64,000 nucleotides of DNA from Octopus sinensis. Lineage: Eukaryota. The position numbers were made by a program, and so were the translations under genes. The stretch lies in contig NC_043000.1 of assembly GCF_006345805.1 (NCBI RefSeq), positions 4,960,001 through 5,024,000 on the forward strand, read 5' to 3'. The notes below the pieces were generated by a model, which saw nothing but the letters and a program-made list of their open reading frames with translations, searched no databases and had not been told where the DNA came from. Of the stretch, positions 1 to 12,737 are shown piece after piece. The first letter of the stretch is position 1; each line of letters begins with the position of its first letter.

Positions 1-559
1 GTGTCTGTGTCTTTGTGATTATTCCCCTCATCTAGATATGTGTGTGCTATAATAAAACTTTACCATTCAAACAAACACTCATTTGTTTTTTGTTTGCTGT
101 CCTCTGTGAAAACATGTTCAAGTTATTTGTTTTTCAGTCTGATGGGGGAAACAATTTATCTGTCTGAGAATTGGCATATGGAAAGGTATCTGGGTATCTG
201 GCTATAACCTATTCTGCTTCAATGAAATCTTGCCTGACCCATGCAAGCATAGAAAAGTAGATGTTAAAATGATGAGGATGAAAGTTACATCTATCTGTCT
301 ATGTATCTGTCGGTCTGTCTATCTATATAAACATACATATAAAAATATATACTACTTAATATATATATGTATAAATATGTATGTATGTATGTATGTGTGT
401 GTATATATACATATATATATATATTATATATATATATATACATATACATACATACATATATATATATATATACATACATATATACATATATACATACATA
501 CATACATATATACATATATACATACATACATATATACATATATACATACATACATATAT

Positions 560-601
<42 letters not shown>

Positions 602-1184
602 TATTACATAGATAGTAATAAAAATGCGATTTATATTTTTTAATAATTGTACTAAATTTTTGTGGTAAGAAAAAGAGTTAGAAAATATGGCAATATATTT
701 TTAAAGGTAAATAAAATGCATTTTACTCAAAATGTTTATTTTGAATAACTTTCGAAAATTTCCACTTCCCTTGTTATATAACCAGTTCTAACTCTTGTAT
801 GTTTTTGTTGTTTAATATTTAAAACAGCCAATACCGCTTCAAACAAATGTAATTTATCTTAAACTCTTTTCTCATTATCCCATAAAATGGCTCTCAAGTA
901 TGCTTTTTCTATATATTATCTGAATATGATTAACTCAACATAACTTGTGTTGATCTAAGAGCCATTTTTCTATGTATTTCTTACAGTAAATTCTTGTTAA
1001 GTTATAAATAAATATTAAAATTTGTATTATATTATTATTTTGTCTATTTTCTCTCTCCCTACATATGCACACACATACATGCACAGACACACACATATAT
1101 ATAGAGAGACAAATAGAGAGAGAGGGAGGGAGGAGAGAGAGAGAGAGAGAGAGACATGTATATGTGTGTTTGCATATATATATG

Positions 1185-1223
<39 letters not shown>

Positions 1224-1415
1224 GAATATATATATAGATAGATAGATATATAAAACTGACATAAAAATGATATGGCTAAAAAGTATATACAAATTCTGAA
1301 AATCCACTTATGTCTAGCAACGGATATAATTTTCAGGTCCTCAGGGATATTACATTCAGTATTGACATGATGTTAATATTCACTGTTAGAAAATAAATAG
1401 CGCTGAAAGTTCCAC

Positions 1416-1597
1416 TTAAAGATACCATATCAAATTTAATGAAAGGGCAAAAGTCTGAGTGGTAAATAGGAAGATTAACCAATTATAATTCACAATCTGT
1501 TTGTATAGCTTGTACTGGCCAAGTGAGTATAACGTCGGCTTCTCATCTGAGATTCCTTCAGGTATATACTGAATCTCTCTCCTATTATCTAACGGAA
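1416..1597 (-). CDS. Candidate terminal coding exon ending in a hydrophobic segment (gene unassigned)
   Basis: Strong minus-strand acceptor (ttctcttttactttttcctattctctatag) at 1598-1630, then a stop-free phase-1 frame of ~60 codons (VPLDNRREIQYIPEGISDEKPTLYSLGQYKLYKQIVNYNWLIFLFTTQTFALSLNLIWYL) to TAA at 1416-1418. No homology recognised. Confidence 0.3.
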
Positions 1598-2017
1598 CTA
1601 TAGAGAATAGGAAAAAGTAAAAGAGAATGGTTTGATATTTCTACATTGAATCATCAAGAAATTAATAAGTTTAGTAGTATACAGAGCTATCATTGATTTC
1701 TAGCCCACTCACAAAAACAGATGAAATAGCTTGGGGGGGTCTGTGTTGAAATCCTATCAATGGACATTAAATTTCTTTTTCCTCATTTCATGCAGCATGA
1801 CATAATATATAATATGTAGGTAAAAATAGTATATATATGTTATATATATAATAGTATATATAATAGGCACAGGTATAGGTGTGTGGTAAGAAATTGGTTC
1901 CAGGTTCAATCCCAGTGTGTTGCACCTTGAAAAATTCTCTTCTTATCTAGTAGAAACTGATGTATATTTTATGGGCTTCTTTCAGTTGCTTTCCACCAAA
2001 TTCACACACATACACAC

Positions 2018-2072
<55 letters not shown>

Positions 2073-2490
2073 AAATAAGAAAATGGAGAAATACATCGAA
2101 ATCAAATATCAATTACCAGATAATACTCAATTGATATTTGATTTCGATGTATTTCTCCATTTTCTTATTTTGTATTATGAATTTGTGGTAAAACATTTTA
2201 CCTTTGCCCATATAATACAGTAAATGAATTAATTGTATCGCAATTCTTAACATTTATGTATTAACTTTGTTGGGTACCTCACTAGCAGTATATTGGATAT
2301 ATGGTATCCCATGGTGGGTTGCATTTACAACCCCTATCTCAATTTGTATATATATATATATATCAAGAAAAGCCTGGCTGGAGGCCCAACCTTTCGAAGT
2401 CTTTTACAGGGCTTAGAAAAGCTGAAGGACTGCTGCAATAAATGAGAAGGGAATATGTTGAATAAAATCATACTTTACTGATCTTCCTGC

Positions 2491-2870
2491 ACAGAGTGTG
2501 TAAGATATTTGAGGACAGATTCATATTTATAAAAAAACAGATATATAATGACATAATTTTATTCATCAAAAAAATGCAATGAGGATAAAAATAAACCTTC
2601 TTTTCTATAATGTTATTCAATAAAGCCAACTTCAGCTTCAACAACTGCTTCTATATGAGATCTAATTCATGTACATACTCGAATCAAGTGGTCCTGGTTC
2701 ATTTTGGGCATTACCCTAACTGTGGCAGCTATCAAAGAATCTTTGGTGTTATAGTCATGTTCATTGACCTCTCTCTATTATGATCCACATGTAATAGTCC
2801 AATGGATTGAGATCTGGGGAATTAGGAGGCCAAATGTTAGAGGTTATGTGATCATGAAAGTTTTCTCCCA
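2491..2870 (-). mobile_element. Tc1/mariner transposase 3' fragment (DD37D/maT-like), decayed
   Basis: Minus strand reads HDHITSNIWPPNSPDLNPLDYYMW...TKDSLIAATVRVM...RSHIEAVVEAEVGFIE* (stop 2613-2615), with an internal stop. WPPxSPDLNPLD is the mariner-type motif carrying the last catalytic Asp. Confidence 0.8.
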
Positions 2871-3105
2871 TGCTGGTAGCACGTGAAAAGCACCATTCAA
2901 GCACAGTCAATGCCAGTACAGCCTGAGTGGCCCACGTGGTGGTGGCACATAAAAAGCGGTTGGCATTAGGAAGGGCATCCAGCTGTAGAAACTTTGCCTG
3001 ATCAGATTGGAGCCTGGGCAGCCTTCTGGCTTGTCAGCATTCAGTCAAACCCTCCAACCCATGCCGGCATGGAAAGTGGACGTTAAACAACGATGACAAT
3101 GATGA
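2870..3105 (+). mobile_element. RTE LINE 3' UTR fragment (family C)
   Basis: Contains ggttggcattaggaagggcatccagctgtagaaac and ends gttaaac plus a (GAT)-like tail; homologous to the 3' UTR of the RTE at 51040-52455. Confidence 0.8.
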
Positions 3106-3262
3106 TCATATATATAAGGCTTCTTTCAGTTTTCATCAATGAAATCCACACACAAGGCTTCAGTCTTCTTGGAGGCTACTCGGTAGGACTAGCACCACAC
3201 AGTGAGACTAGTGCCACATAGTGGGAGTGAACCTGAAACCATATTGTTATGAAGCATACTGT

Positions 3263-3481
3263 TTACTCTTTGCTCTTTTACTCTCTTACTTGTTTCAGTC
3301 ATTTGACTGTTGCCATGCTGGAGCACCGCTTTTAGTCGAGCAAATCGACCCCAGCACTTATTCTTTGTAAGCCTAGTACTTTTTCTATCAGTCTCTTTTG
3401 CCGAACCATTAAATTATGGGGACGTAAACACACCAGTATCGATTGTCAAGCGATGTCGGGGGAACAAAGACAGACACACAA

Positions 3482-3512
<31 letters not shown>

Positions 3513-3673
3513 CATATATACGACAGGCTTCTTTCAGTTTCCGTCTACCAAATCCACTCACAAGGCATTGGTCGGCCCGGGGCTATAGTAGAAGACACTT
3601 GCCCAAGATGCCACGCAGTGGGACTGAACCCAGAATCATGTGGTTGGGAAGCAAGTTACTTACCACACAGCCA
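3263..3673 (-). mobile_element. tRNA-derived SINE family A, near full length
   Basis: Reverse complement of the A/B-box head, internal (TA)/(CA) tract and the tail gactgaaacaagtaagagag shared with copies at 6586, 35145 and 55026. Confidence 0.9.
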
Positions 3674-4179
3674 CATATCTTTGTGGTTACCCTCAGAATA
3701 GTTCATTCAGCTGGCTGCCTCCCGATCAAAAGTTACCATTTCCCCCCCACCCCCACCTCCCACCCCGAGATAACCAGCTCTATCCAACAACAATAACTAC
3801 TAGTTTGTATATCTTTGATCTCAGGTTTTCACTTTTTATCAATAATTTCTTCCGAACAAAGCCAACTTCGAAGATTTCTGTTTTTCCTCTTTTCATAGCA
3901 CCTTGCCAACATCTTGGAAACAGACGGAGAATTACCTAAAAGCTTTCTTGCTCTCCACTCTCTCATCTTTAATTTTTTATCTTCTCTCTCTCTCCCACTC
4001 TCTCTCTCCCACTTTTATAGGCTTGTCTTATCCACCTCCTCCTTTCAATCTCTTATTTTCTCTATTCTTATCTTCCTCACTTTTCTTCCTCTTTCTTCTT
4101 CCAATCCTAATCCACCCTGGATCCACCCCTCTTCTTTTAGCATTTATTTTTGAAGTCAGTAGGTTATTTAATGTCTTTT

Positions 4180-4202
4180 AAAATAATTTCTTTTCTACCT
4201 TC

Positions 4203-4249
<47 letters not shown>

Positions 4250-4520
4250 CATTATTATCATTATTATCATTATTATTATTATTATTATATTATCATTATT
4301 ATCATCATTATTATTATTATTATCATTATTATCATTATTATTATTATTATCATTATTATTACTATTTTTATAATTATTATTATTATTATTATTATTTTCA
4401 TCATCATCATCATCATCATCATCACCATTATTACTATTACTATTATTATATTATTATTATTATTATTATTATTATCATCATCATCATCATTATTATCATT
4501 ATTATTACTATTATTATTTT
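4180..4520. repeat. Compound (ATT)n/(ATC)n microsatellite
   Basis: Direct reading of the sequence. Confidence 0.95.
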
Positions 4521-5058
4521 TCTTGCAGATGTATATTTTTTATGTCTTTTACCATCTAAAATAAGAAACAAAACAACAACAACAAAACAAAACAAAAAGG
4601 CACAACAACCTAATCTTTCAGATTAAGAAGACCAAGAATTTATGGGATTCAAAAAAAAAAAATTCTTAATGAATAAAACTACTTTTAAAAAATTTTTCAA
4701 TCTCATAATATTTTCAAGAAATTCTGATCAGTTTGTAACAAGGCTCAAATACACGTTTTGATGATAAGGTATTATAACAATGAAAAGTGTTTGGAATTTG
4801 GTACAAAGCCAGCATCTTTAGGCACAGGGGCAAATCAGTTAAATTGACCTCAGTACTTGATTGGTACGTTATAATATCAACCCAAAAGAGAGATAAAAGG
4901 CAAAAATGACCTTGGTGGGATCTGACCTAAGTACGAAAAGATCTAGAAGAAATAAATATTTCTAAGAATTTTTCCAATGTGCTAGTGATTGAGCCAGTTT
5001 TTCACTGCATATGATATAATGCAATACAATAATATAATGATGTTATATAATAACGATC

Positions 5059-5098
<40 letters not shown>

Positions 5099-5100
5099 TG

Positions 5101-5133
<33 letters not shown>

Positions 5134-5512
5134 TTGGCCAGAGTTGGCCAATATCTACACTGAGAAAATGTGGCATCTCAAGGCGGTTACAATACCAGTG
5201 ATCGTAGGAGCACTAGGAATGATCAAGAAGGGAACCGAAAATTATATGAGAATGATCCCTGGCTTACCATCCCTGCAAGAAGTGCAAAAGATTGTCTTAA
5301 CTGGTACATCACATGTATTGAGAAGAGCATTGTCGATGTGAGAACTGTTGCTGCTCATGTATTTTAATTTAACTTAAAAAAAAAAAAAAAAAAATGAACG
5401 AACTATTGAGTTTGGTGTAATGGCCTACCAATGTATACTATGAGTTTCTTTGCCCTAGGAGTCGGGAAGACACTCGGCAAGAAATGGAAGCAAATTTGAA
5501 AGAAGAAAAAAA
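5134..5512 (+). mobile_element. R4/Dong-like non-LTR retrotransposon 3' end (restriction-like endonuclease C-terminus plus 3' UTR)
   Basis: Translation EKMWHLKAVTIPVIVGALGMIKKG...LQEVQKIVLTGTSHVLRRALSM* matches the RLE C-terminal pattern; flanked by (AAT)n on both sides. Confidence 0.8.
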
Positions 5513-5550
5513 ATAATAATAATAATAATGATAATAATAAACATAATAAT

Positions 5551-5712
5551 AAATTCAGTGATGATATCAGAATGCAATTTGGCCTCGATAAATGTGCAAA
5601 AGCTACCTTTATCAAAGGAAAAATGACAGAAACATCTAACGTTAACCTTGACCAGCAGAATGTCATAAAAGAGTTAGACCCAGCAGAGAGCTACAAGTAC
5701 CTGGGAGTACTT
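5551..5712 (+). mobile_element. R4/Dong-like reverse transcriptase fragment
   Basis: Translation FSDDIRMQFGLDKCAKATFIKGK...ESYKYLGV matches RT subdomains 6-7 of R4-clade elements. Confidence 0.8.
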
Positions 5713-5734
5713 GTAAGAATAATAATGATAATAA

Positions 5735-5955
5735 TAATCCTTTCTACTATAGGCACAAGGCTTGAAATTTAAGGGGACGGAGATAATTGATTACATTGAC
5801 CCCCAGTACTCAACTCATACTTATTTTATTAACCCAGAAAGATGAAAGGCAAAGTTGACCTCAGCTGAGATTTGAACTCAGAACATAGCAACTGGTGAAA
5901 TACTGCTATGCATTTCATGCAACGTGCTAATGACTCTGCCAGCTTGCCATCTTGA
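5735..5955 (-). mobile_element. SINE family B
   Basis: Reverse complement of the ggtgagctggcagaatcgttagc...tttcatcctttcggggtcgataaattaagtacc family; many further copies (e.g. 6410-6560, 31640-31770, 39700-39870, 43990-44160, 63655-63830). Confidence 0.8.
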
Positions 5956-5966
5956 TAATGATGATG

Positions 5967-6008
<42 letters not shown>

Positions 6009-6036
6009 GATAATAATAATAATAATAATAATAATG

Positions 6037-6067
<31 letters not shown>

Positions 6068-6120
6068 TAATAATCTTTTCTAAGATAGGCACAAGACTTG
6101 AAATTTTGGGGGAGGGGTCT

Positions 6121-6403
6121 AGTTGTTGCCTGTCTTTCTTTTTTTAACCTCAGACTGGTGTTTACAACAGGGTAAAATTTTAATATTTATTGTTTTAACG
6201 GTGATGGCAACCATTTAAATCTCTAATAGACCATTATATTCACTTTCATTTTGTTTCGTAATCCTATTATATTCTATTAAGCATTGAAATGTCTTTTGTT
6301 GCACCTATATGACCTGGTTACTGTTACTCTTTTCAAATACAATTGAATATAACACTGAAATTTTAATATAATTCATATTAGAAATTCAAACTCTAACTGA
6401 TAA
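6121..6403 (+). repeat. Unclassified ~285-bp interspersed repeat, inverted relative to 13382-13668
   Basis: Reverse complement aligns with 13382-13668 with few differences, e.g. ctctaatagaccattatattcactttcattttgtttcgtaatcc. Confidence 0.85.
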
Positions 6404-6585
6404 CTACCTACTTCATCAACTGGTGCTTATTTTATCAAGCCTGAAAGGATGAAAGCCAAAGTCTATCTTGGCTGAATTTGAATTCAGAACATGGAAACTG
6501 ATGAAATACCACTAAGCATTTTGTCTAGCATGCTAACGATTCTGCCAGCTCATCACCTTAATAATTAGTAATATCAATATCAATA

Positions 6586-6750
6586 GGTGCAGGAGTCGCT
6601 GTGTGGTAAGAACCTTACCAACCAACCGCATGGCTCTGAGTTCAGTCCCACTTCATGGTGCCTTGGGCTAGTGTCTTTTACTATAGCCTCGGGCCAACCA
6701 AAGCCTTGGGAGTGGATTTGGTAGATGGAAACTGAAAGAAGCCTGTTGTA

Positions 6751-6781
<31 letters not shown>

Positions 6782-7022
6782 GTGTGTGTGTATATGTTTG
6801 TGTGTCTGTGTTTGTCCCCCAACATCACTTGACAACCGATGCTTGTGTGTTTACGTCCCCGTAACTTAGCAGTTCAGCAAAAGAAACTGATAGAGCAAGT
6901 ACTAGGCTTACAAAGAATAAGTCCTGGGGTCGATTTCCTTGACTAAAGGTGGTGCTCCTGCATGGCCGCAGTCAAATGACTGAAACAAGTAAAAAAGTAA
7001 AAGAGTAAAGAGAGTAAAGAGT
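6586..7022 (+). mobile_element. tRNA-derived SINE family A, full length
   Basis: Head ggtgcaggagtcgctgtgtggtaag (A box) ... gagttcagtccc (B box); tail gactgaaacaagtaaaa(aagagt)n. Confidence 0.9.
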
Positions 7023-7729
7023 AATAATTCGTTCTTCTACAGGTAAGGGCTAATTGACTACATTGACCCCAGTGCTTGACAGGTACTTATTTCATTGACC
7101 CTAAAATGGTGACAGGCTAGGTCAACCTCAACAACATTCAAATTCAAAAGGTGAATTGCCACAAAGAGGTAGGATAAATATGTCTGATTGATTAGCAGCC
7201 TCTTTCTGATGACCATAAACTCTTATCCTCAATGCCCCATGTCCTTCTGTAAGCACATCCAGACCAAGAACCTTTGGCTAATTGCTCAAGACAACAGCAA
7301 ACGGCATCATCATCATCATCCCCTTTTCTATGCTTGCATGGATTGAGATGGAGTTTATTAAGGCAGCTGTTCTATGTTCATATGCCCTTCCTGTCACTGA
7401 CCTTTATCTGTTTTCAAGCAAGGTAATATTTCCCCAGGGCCAGATATATTTTCACAGAATATTAGAAATGAATGACATTCAATTACAAGAATCACACAAT
7501 GTCAAGACAAGAAGACACAAACACACACACACACACATGATATGACAGGTTTCTTTCAGTTTCCATCACCTATATCCACTCACAATGCTTTGGTTGACTC
7601 AGGGTTATAATAAAAGACATTTGCTCAAGGTGCCATACTGTGGGATTGAACCTGAAACCACACATTTAGGAAGCAAATTTCTCAACCACATAATCATGCC
7701 TGTTCCTAAGCCATCTACTTTTATTCCTT

Positions 7730-8108
7730 ACTAGCAGTATCGCCCGGTGTTGCTCAGGTTTGTTTCGACCCTTTAGAATCAGAATTTTTGAAAAGTAGCA
7801 TTATGTAGCTTGTTATTCTCTTCAAGTGAACATTTTTCTGGTTGAAATACACCAAAAAATGGCGACACAACAGTAAAAAAATTGCCAAAAATAGGGATTT
7901 TCATAGAAAAGAAGCAGCTTTTTGATGTAAATAATTTTTGGTGTTAACATGGTCCGGTTTGAAGTTTTTCTTCTACGGAATGAAGAGCAAGCCTTCTTCT
8001 ATCATACTCTCAATTTTGGTCAACTTGCACCACAGGGTCTCGGAGGAGATAGTGTTAGTTGAAGGCTACCAAACCTGCCATACACAGACAACTTCAGCTT
8101 TATATAGA
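7730..8108 (+). mobile_element. HINE/DINE-1-like non-autonomous rolling-circle element
   Basis: Starts actagcagtatcgcccggtgttgctcagg and ends acagacaacttcagctttatatag, the terminal pattern I associate with Helentron-associated interspersed elements. Confidence 0.55.
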
Positions 8109-8727
8109 GAGAAATTTGTAATCCTAGTTCATGTTGTGAGGAGATGGTTATCTCCCTTGAAGTAGCTGTCCTCACTTGGGTCACTGCATATATCAACTTC
8201 TGCTGCTATTGGATGTTATCTAGTCCCTTGTCAGACCTTACTGATTAGACTTATAATTGAAGGCATTCTAGCCATGACCACCCCATATTTTTGTAAGCAG
8301 GAGCTACATTTTGCAAATTATATTTTCATTTTTTTTTTCCTAGTAGTTTATGATATGAAGATGACTTGGCTGATATTTCTAGCAGGGTAATTCAATTCTC
8401 AGTGTACAGAAAACAAGGGTGGATGATCTTCCAGCTGCACTTCCCATCTGAAAGATGGCAGCTTTGGGTGCGTGACAAAGAGATATTTTTGATAGTCAGC
8501 AACTAGTCATTATATAGCTGCTCGGCATTCAGGATTGCGGTGAAGTTGGGGCAATCAGCTGCCATAAGACAGGCAATAGTTTGAATAACTCTTTGTAATT
8601 TGAATATATGAAGAAAACAAATAAAAACAGCTAATGAAATATGAGAAACACGCACACACACACGCATGCACATACACACATATATATACATACACACACA
8701 CACTCACTCAGGTACATATGTATTTTT

Positions 8728-8796
<69 letters not shown>

Positions 8797-9013
8797 CAGA
8801 TAGATAGATAAAGAGAGAGTGAGTGATGAAAAGACATATAGCTACATATAGGTATGGGTTAGAGAGATACAGGAATGTATGCAGATGAAGGCTTAAAATC
8901 ACAGATTTGATTGCTGTTATATTGTTAACTCTATATTAAGCATTGAGTACATCTTCCGTATATATACATACATTGATATATGTATGTATGCCAGTATGTA
9001 TGTTCTATCTACA

Positions 9014-9079
<66 letters not shown>

Positions 9080-9353
9080 CCTCCCTCTCTCTCACTCAGT
9101 ATATATATATATATATATATATATATTATCAACATTTAATGTCTGTTGTCATTAAATGATGATGATGATGATGTATATATGTATGTATATACATATACTG
9201 AGAGTGAGAGATAGATAAACAGATAGATATGTATATATATGTAGAACATAGAGAGAGAGAAATGGAAAGAATTACAATAGCATAAGGGGAGAAGGTTGAG
9301 GAGGGGAGATGCAGAAACTTGTTTTGATCTCAGGAAAAACTCAGACACATAGG

Positions 9354-9399
<46 letters not shown>

Positions 9400-9618
9400 G
9401 GGTGAAAGGGGTACAACAATGATAATGAAAGAGACAGAGACAGAGTTATATATAGGAGGAAGAGGAGGAGGAGAATGAACAAAGAGAGCAAGAAAGGGAA
9501 ATGAGAAAAATTAAGAACAGTTAAGCGCAAACAACAAGGCAACAAGATAAGAAGAAGTGAAGCTATAATTACACCACTATCCCTTCTTTCAACTACTGCC
9601 ACCACTACTACTACCACC

Positions 9619-9652
<34 letters not shown>

Positions 9653-9719
9653 CAACAAACTCTCACCTCTTCCACACACTCTCCACATCAAGCATCATTA
9701 CTACCTACATTAACACAGT

Positions 9720-9730
9720 ACCATTAACAC

Positions 9731-9766
<36 letters not shown>

Positions 9767-9827
9767 TGTCATCATCATCATCATCACTAAAACCACCACT
9801 TTCGTCACCACTGTTACTGCCACCACT

Positions 9828-9859
<32 letters not shown>

Positions 9860-10051
9860 TGTCAAGCCATCTTCATCATCATCATCAGCACCATCACTGA
9901 AAACCACCACTTTCGTCACTACTACCACCACTAATATCATCATCATCATCGTCATCATCATCATTGTCAAGTCATCTTCTTCATCATCATCACCATCACC
10001 TCCACCATCACTAAAACCACCACTTTCGTCACCACTGTTACTGCCACCACT

Positions 10052-10083
<32 letters not shown>

Positions 10084-12125
10084 TGTCAAGCCATCTTCAT
10101 CATCATCATCACCACCATCACTGAAAACCACCACTTTCGTCACTACTACCACCACTAATATCATCATCATCATCGTCATCATCATCATTGTCAAGTCATC
10201 TTCTTCATCATCATCATCATCATTATCATCATCACCATCATCAACCTCATTACTGCTGCCACCACCAATGACAACAGCAAAATAGCTACCATCACCATAG
10301 TCATCACAGCCACTACCCCCACCACCACCACCACCACCACTACCACCACCACCACCACTACCATAACTACTACTACTACCACTACTGCTGCTGCAGTCAT
10401 AATTGAAAGATTGCATACTGTAATGACGGTGTGTGATAGCAGATCCCTACAAGGTTGCTACCATATGAAAGAGGGATATTTTAGGCAAGCTGCTAATTAC
10501 CATCTTCTTCGTAATAGAGTAACAGAAGCAAGACTGTGATGGAAAATAGCATCTGCTGTTGATGACGATGATGGTGGTGGTGGTGGGGGTGGTGATGGTG
10601 GGGGAAGACGGTGTTTGTGATGGTTGCGATGGTAGTGACTGTGGTGGCTGTGAGAGCGTTGTCGATGGCAATGCTTCTTACTGAATGGTGGTCGTGATGA
10701 CAGTGAGGGCGATGATGATGGTATTGATGGTGGTGGTGATGATGGTGGTTGTTGTTGGTGATGATGTGGTGATGGTGGTGGTGATGGTGGTGGTGATGGT
10801 GATGTTGGTGGTGGTGATAATGACAATAACGATGATAATCAGCATGATAGTGGCAATGATGATGATGATGAGGAGGTGGAAGGGGGAGGAAGAAGAGAAG
10901 AAGGAGATGGAAGAGAAAGAAGAGGAAGAGGAGGAGGAGAAGTAGAAAGGGGTGGAGGAAGAAGAGGTGGAGATGATGATGATAGTTGTGGTAGAAACAG
11001 TGATGATGACAATGTTGATCTTGGTGATGACAGTGATGACGATGGGGCAGATGATGATTGTGGGTGGCAGTGATGAGAATGATGACAATGACGACAACGG
11101 CGATGACAATGATGAAGGTGATAACACTGGTTATTGAAGCTGGTGGTGGTGGTAGTGGCAGTGGTGGCGGTGGTGGTGGTGGTGGTGGGTCATGGCTAGT
11201 GGTTGCAGCATGGCAAATGGTGTTGATCTCAGTAAATGTCAATGACATTGGTGACGGCAGAGATGATGATGGGGTCAAGGATGATTGTGATGACAATGAT
11301 GATGATGTAAATGATGATGATGGTGGTGATGATGATGTTGATGATGATGATGATGATGTTGATGATGATGATGATGATGATGATGTTGATGATGATGTTG
11401 ATGATGATGATGTTGATGTGATGATGATGATGATGATGATGTTGATGATGATGTTGATGATGATGATGATGATGATGTTGATGATGATGTTGATGATGAT
11501 GATGTTGATGATGATGATGTTGATGATGATGCTGCTGCTGCTGATGATGTTGATGATGATGATGTTGATGATGATGATGTTGATGATGATGATGTTGATG
11601 ATGATGATGTTGATGATGATGCTGCTGCTGCTGATGATGATGTTGATGATGATGATGTTGATGATGATGATGTTGATGATGTTGATGATGATGATGTTGA
11701 TGATGATGATGTTGATGATGATGATGTTGATGATGATGATGTTGATGATGTTGATGATGATGATGTTGATGATGATGATGTTGATGATGTTGATGATGAT
11801 GATGTTGATGATGATGATGTTGATGATGATGCTGCTGCTGCTGATGATGATGTTGATGATGATGATGTTGATGATGATGATGTTGATGATGATGATGTTG
11901 ATGATGATCATGTTGATGATGATGCTGCTGCTGCTGATGATGATGTTGATGATGATGATGAAGATGATGGTGATGATATGATGATGGTGGTGATGATGAT
12001 GATGGCAGTAGTGATGATGAGGATGAGGATGATGACAGCAACAGTAGTGATGGTGATGATTATGATGACAGTGATATTGATAATGATAGCAGCATTGACG
12101 ATGGTGATTATGACAAATATACTTT
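9720..12125. repeat. ~2.4-kb complex trinucleotide region: (CAT/CAC)-rich 9720-10400, (GAT/GGT/GTT)-rich 10560-12125
   Basis: Direct reading. Includes a 224-bp higher-order duplication (ctaaaaccacc at 9787 and 10011; ctgaaaaccacc at 9897 and 10121). Confidence 0.95.
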
Positions 12126-12507
12126 GCAACCTTTCAGAGTAAATTAAGATATATATATATATACCAGTCTATTTCTAAGGTTTTTATACAATTCACAATA
12201 TATTTTCTCTAAAATTTCTAGGTTTATGTCTATGTTAGACAATTATCATCATCATCATCAGCCTGCCACCAACACTTTTTTCTGCAAAATAGGGCTAGCT
12301 TATCCTGTTCAGGCTATATGATTAGCATTATCCTGCGTTTGAGAATCAAAAAAAATCACTTCTTCAACTTTCTAAGACATCTCAATGCTTCTAAGCCAAA
12401 CTTCATTTGTTTGTTTATGTTCATCATAACTTAAATTTTATGTATGATAGCATCTCATAAAGCGAGATTTCTATATATATTAAATTTGCAGAAGAATTTG
12501 TGGTGTG

Positions 12508-12586
12508 GGCAGTTTAGCTTAATGGTTCAGAGCACCGTGACATGTAATCATGAAGGTGTGAGTTTGTGTCTCATAGCCAGCTGCCA
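12508..12586 (+). pseudogene. tRNA-Thr(UGU)-like pseudogene followed by a T7 Pol III terminator-like run
   Basis: Cloverleaf by eye: acceptor GGCAGTT/AGCTGCC+A, D stem GCTT/GAGC, anticodon stem CGTGA/TCATG with loop CATGTAA, T stem GTGAG/CTCAT. Defects: A instead of U33, decayed TTC loop, 4 extra nt before the acceptor 3' strand. T-run at 12590-12596. Confidence 0.55.
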
Positions 12587-12737
12587 ACATTTTTTTCTGC
12601 AAAATAGGGGTAGCTTATCCTGTTCAGGCTATATTAGCATTATTCTGTGTTTGAGAATTAAAAAAATTACTTCTTTAACTTTCTAAGACATCTCAACACT
12701 TCTAAAACAAATTTCGTTCATCGTAACTTGAATTTAT

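Noticed and set aside
230-599. YI/IY-repeat ORFs here and at many other (TA)n tracts
   Set aside because: Dinucleotide repeat artefacts.
2365-2425. Minus-strand ctgtaaaagacttcgaaaggttgggc as a degenerate hammerhead
   Set aside because: Core too diverged and no valid NUH site in register with stem I.
10493-12041. 472-aa, 307-aa and 270-aa ORFs
   Set aside because: Translations of (GAT)n-type microsatellites giving poly-I/M/D/H; no coding evidence.
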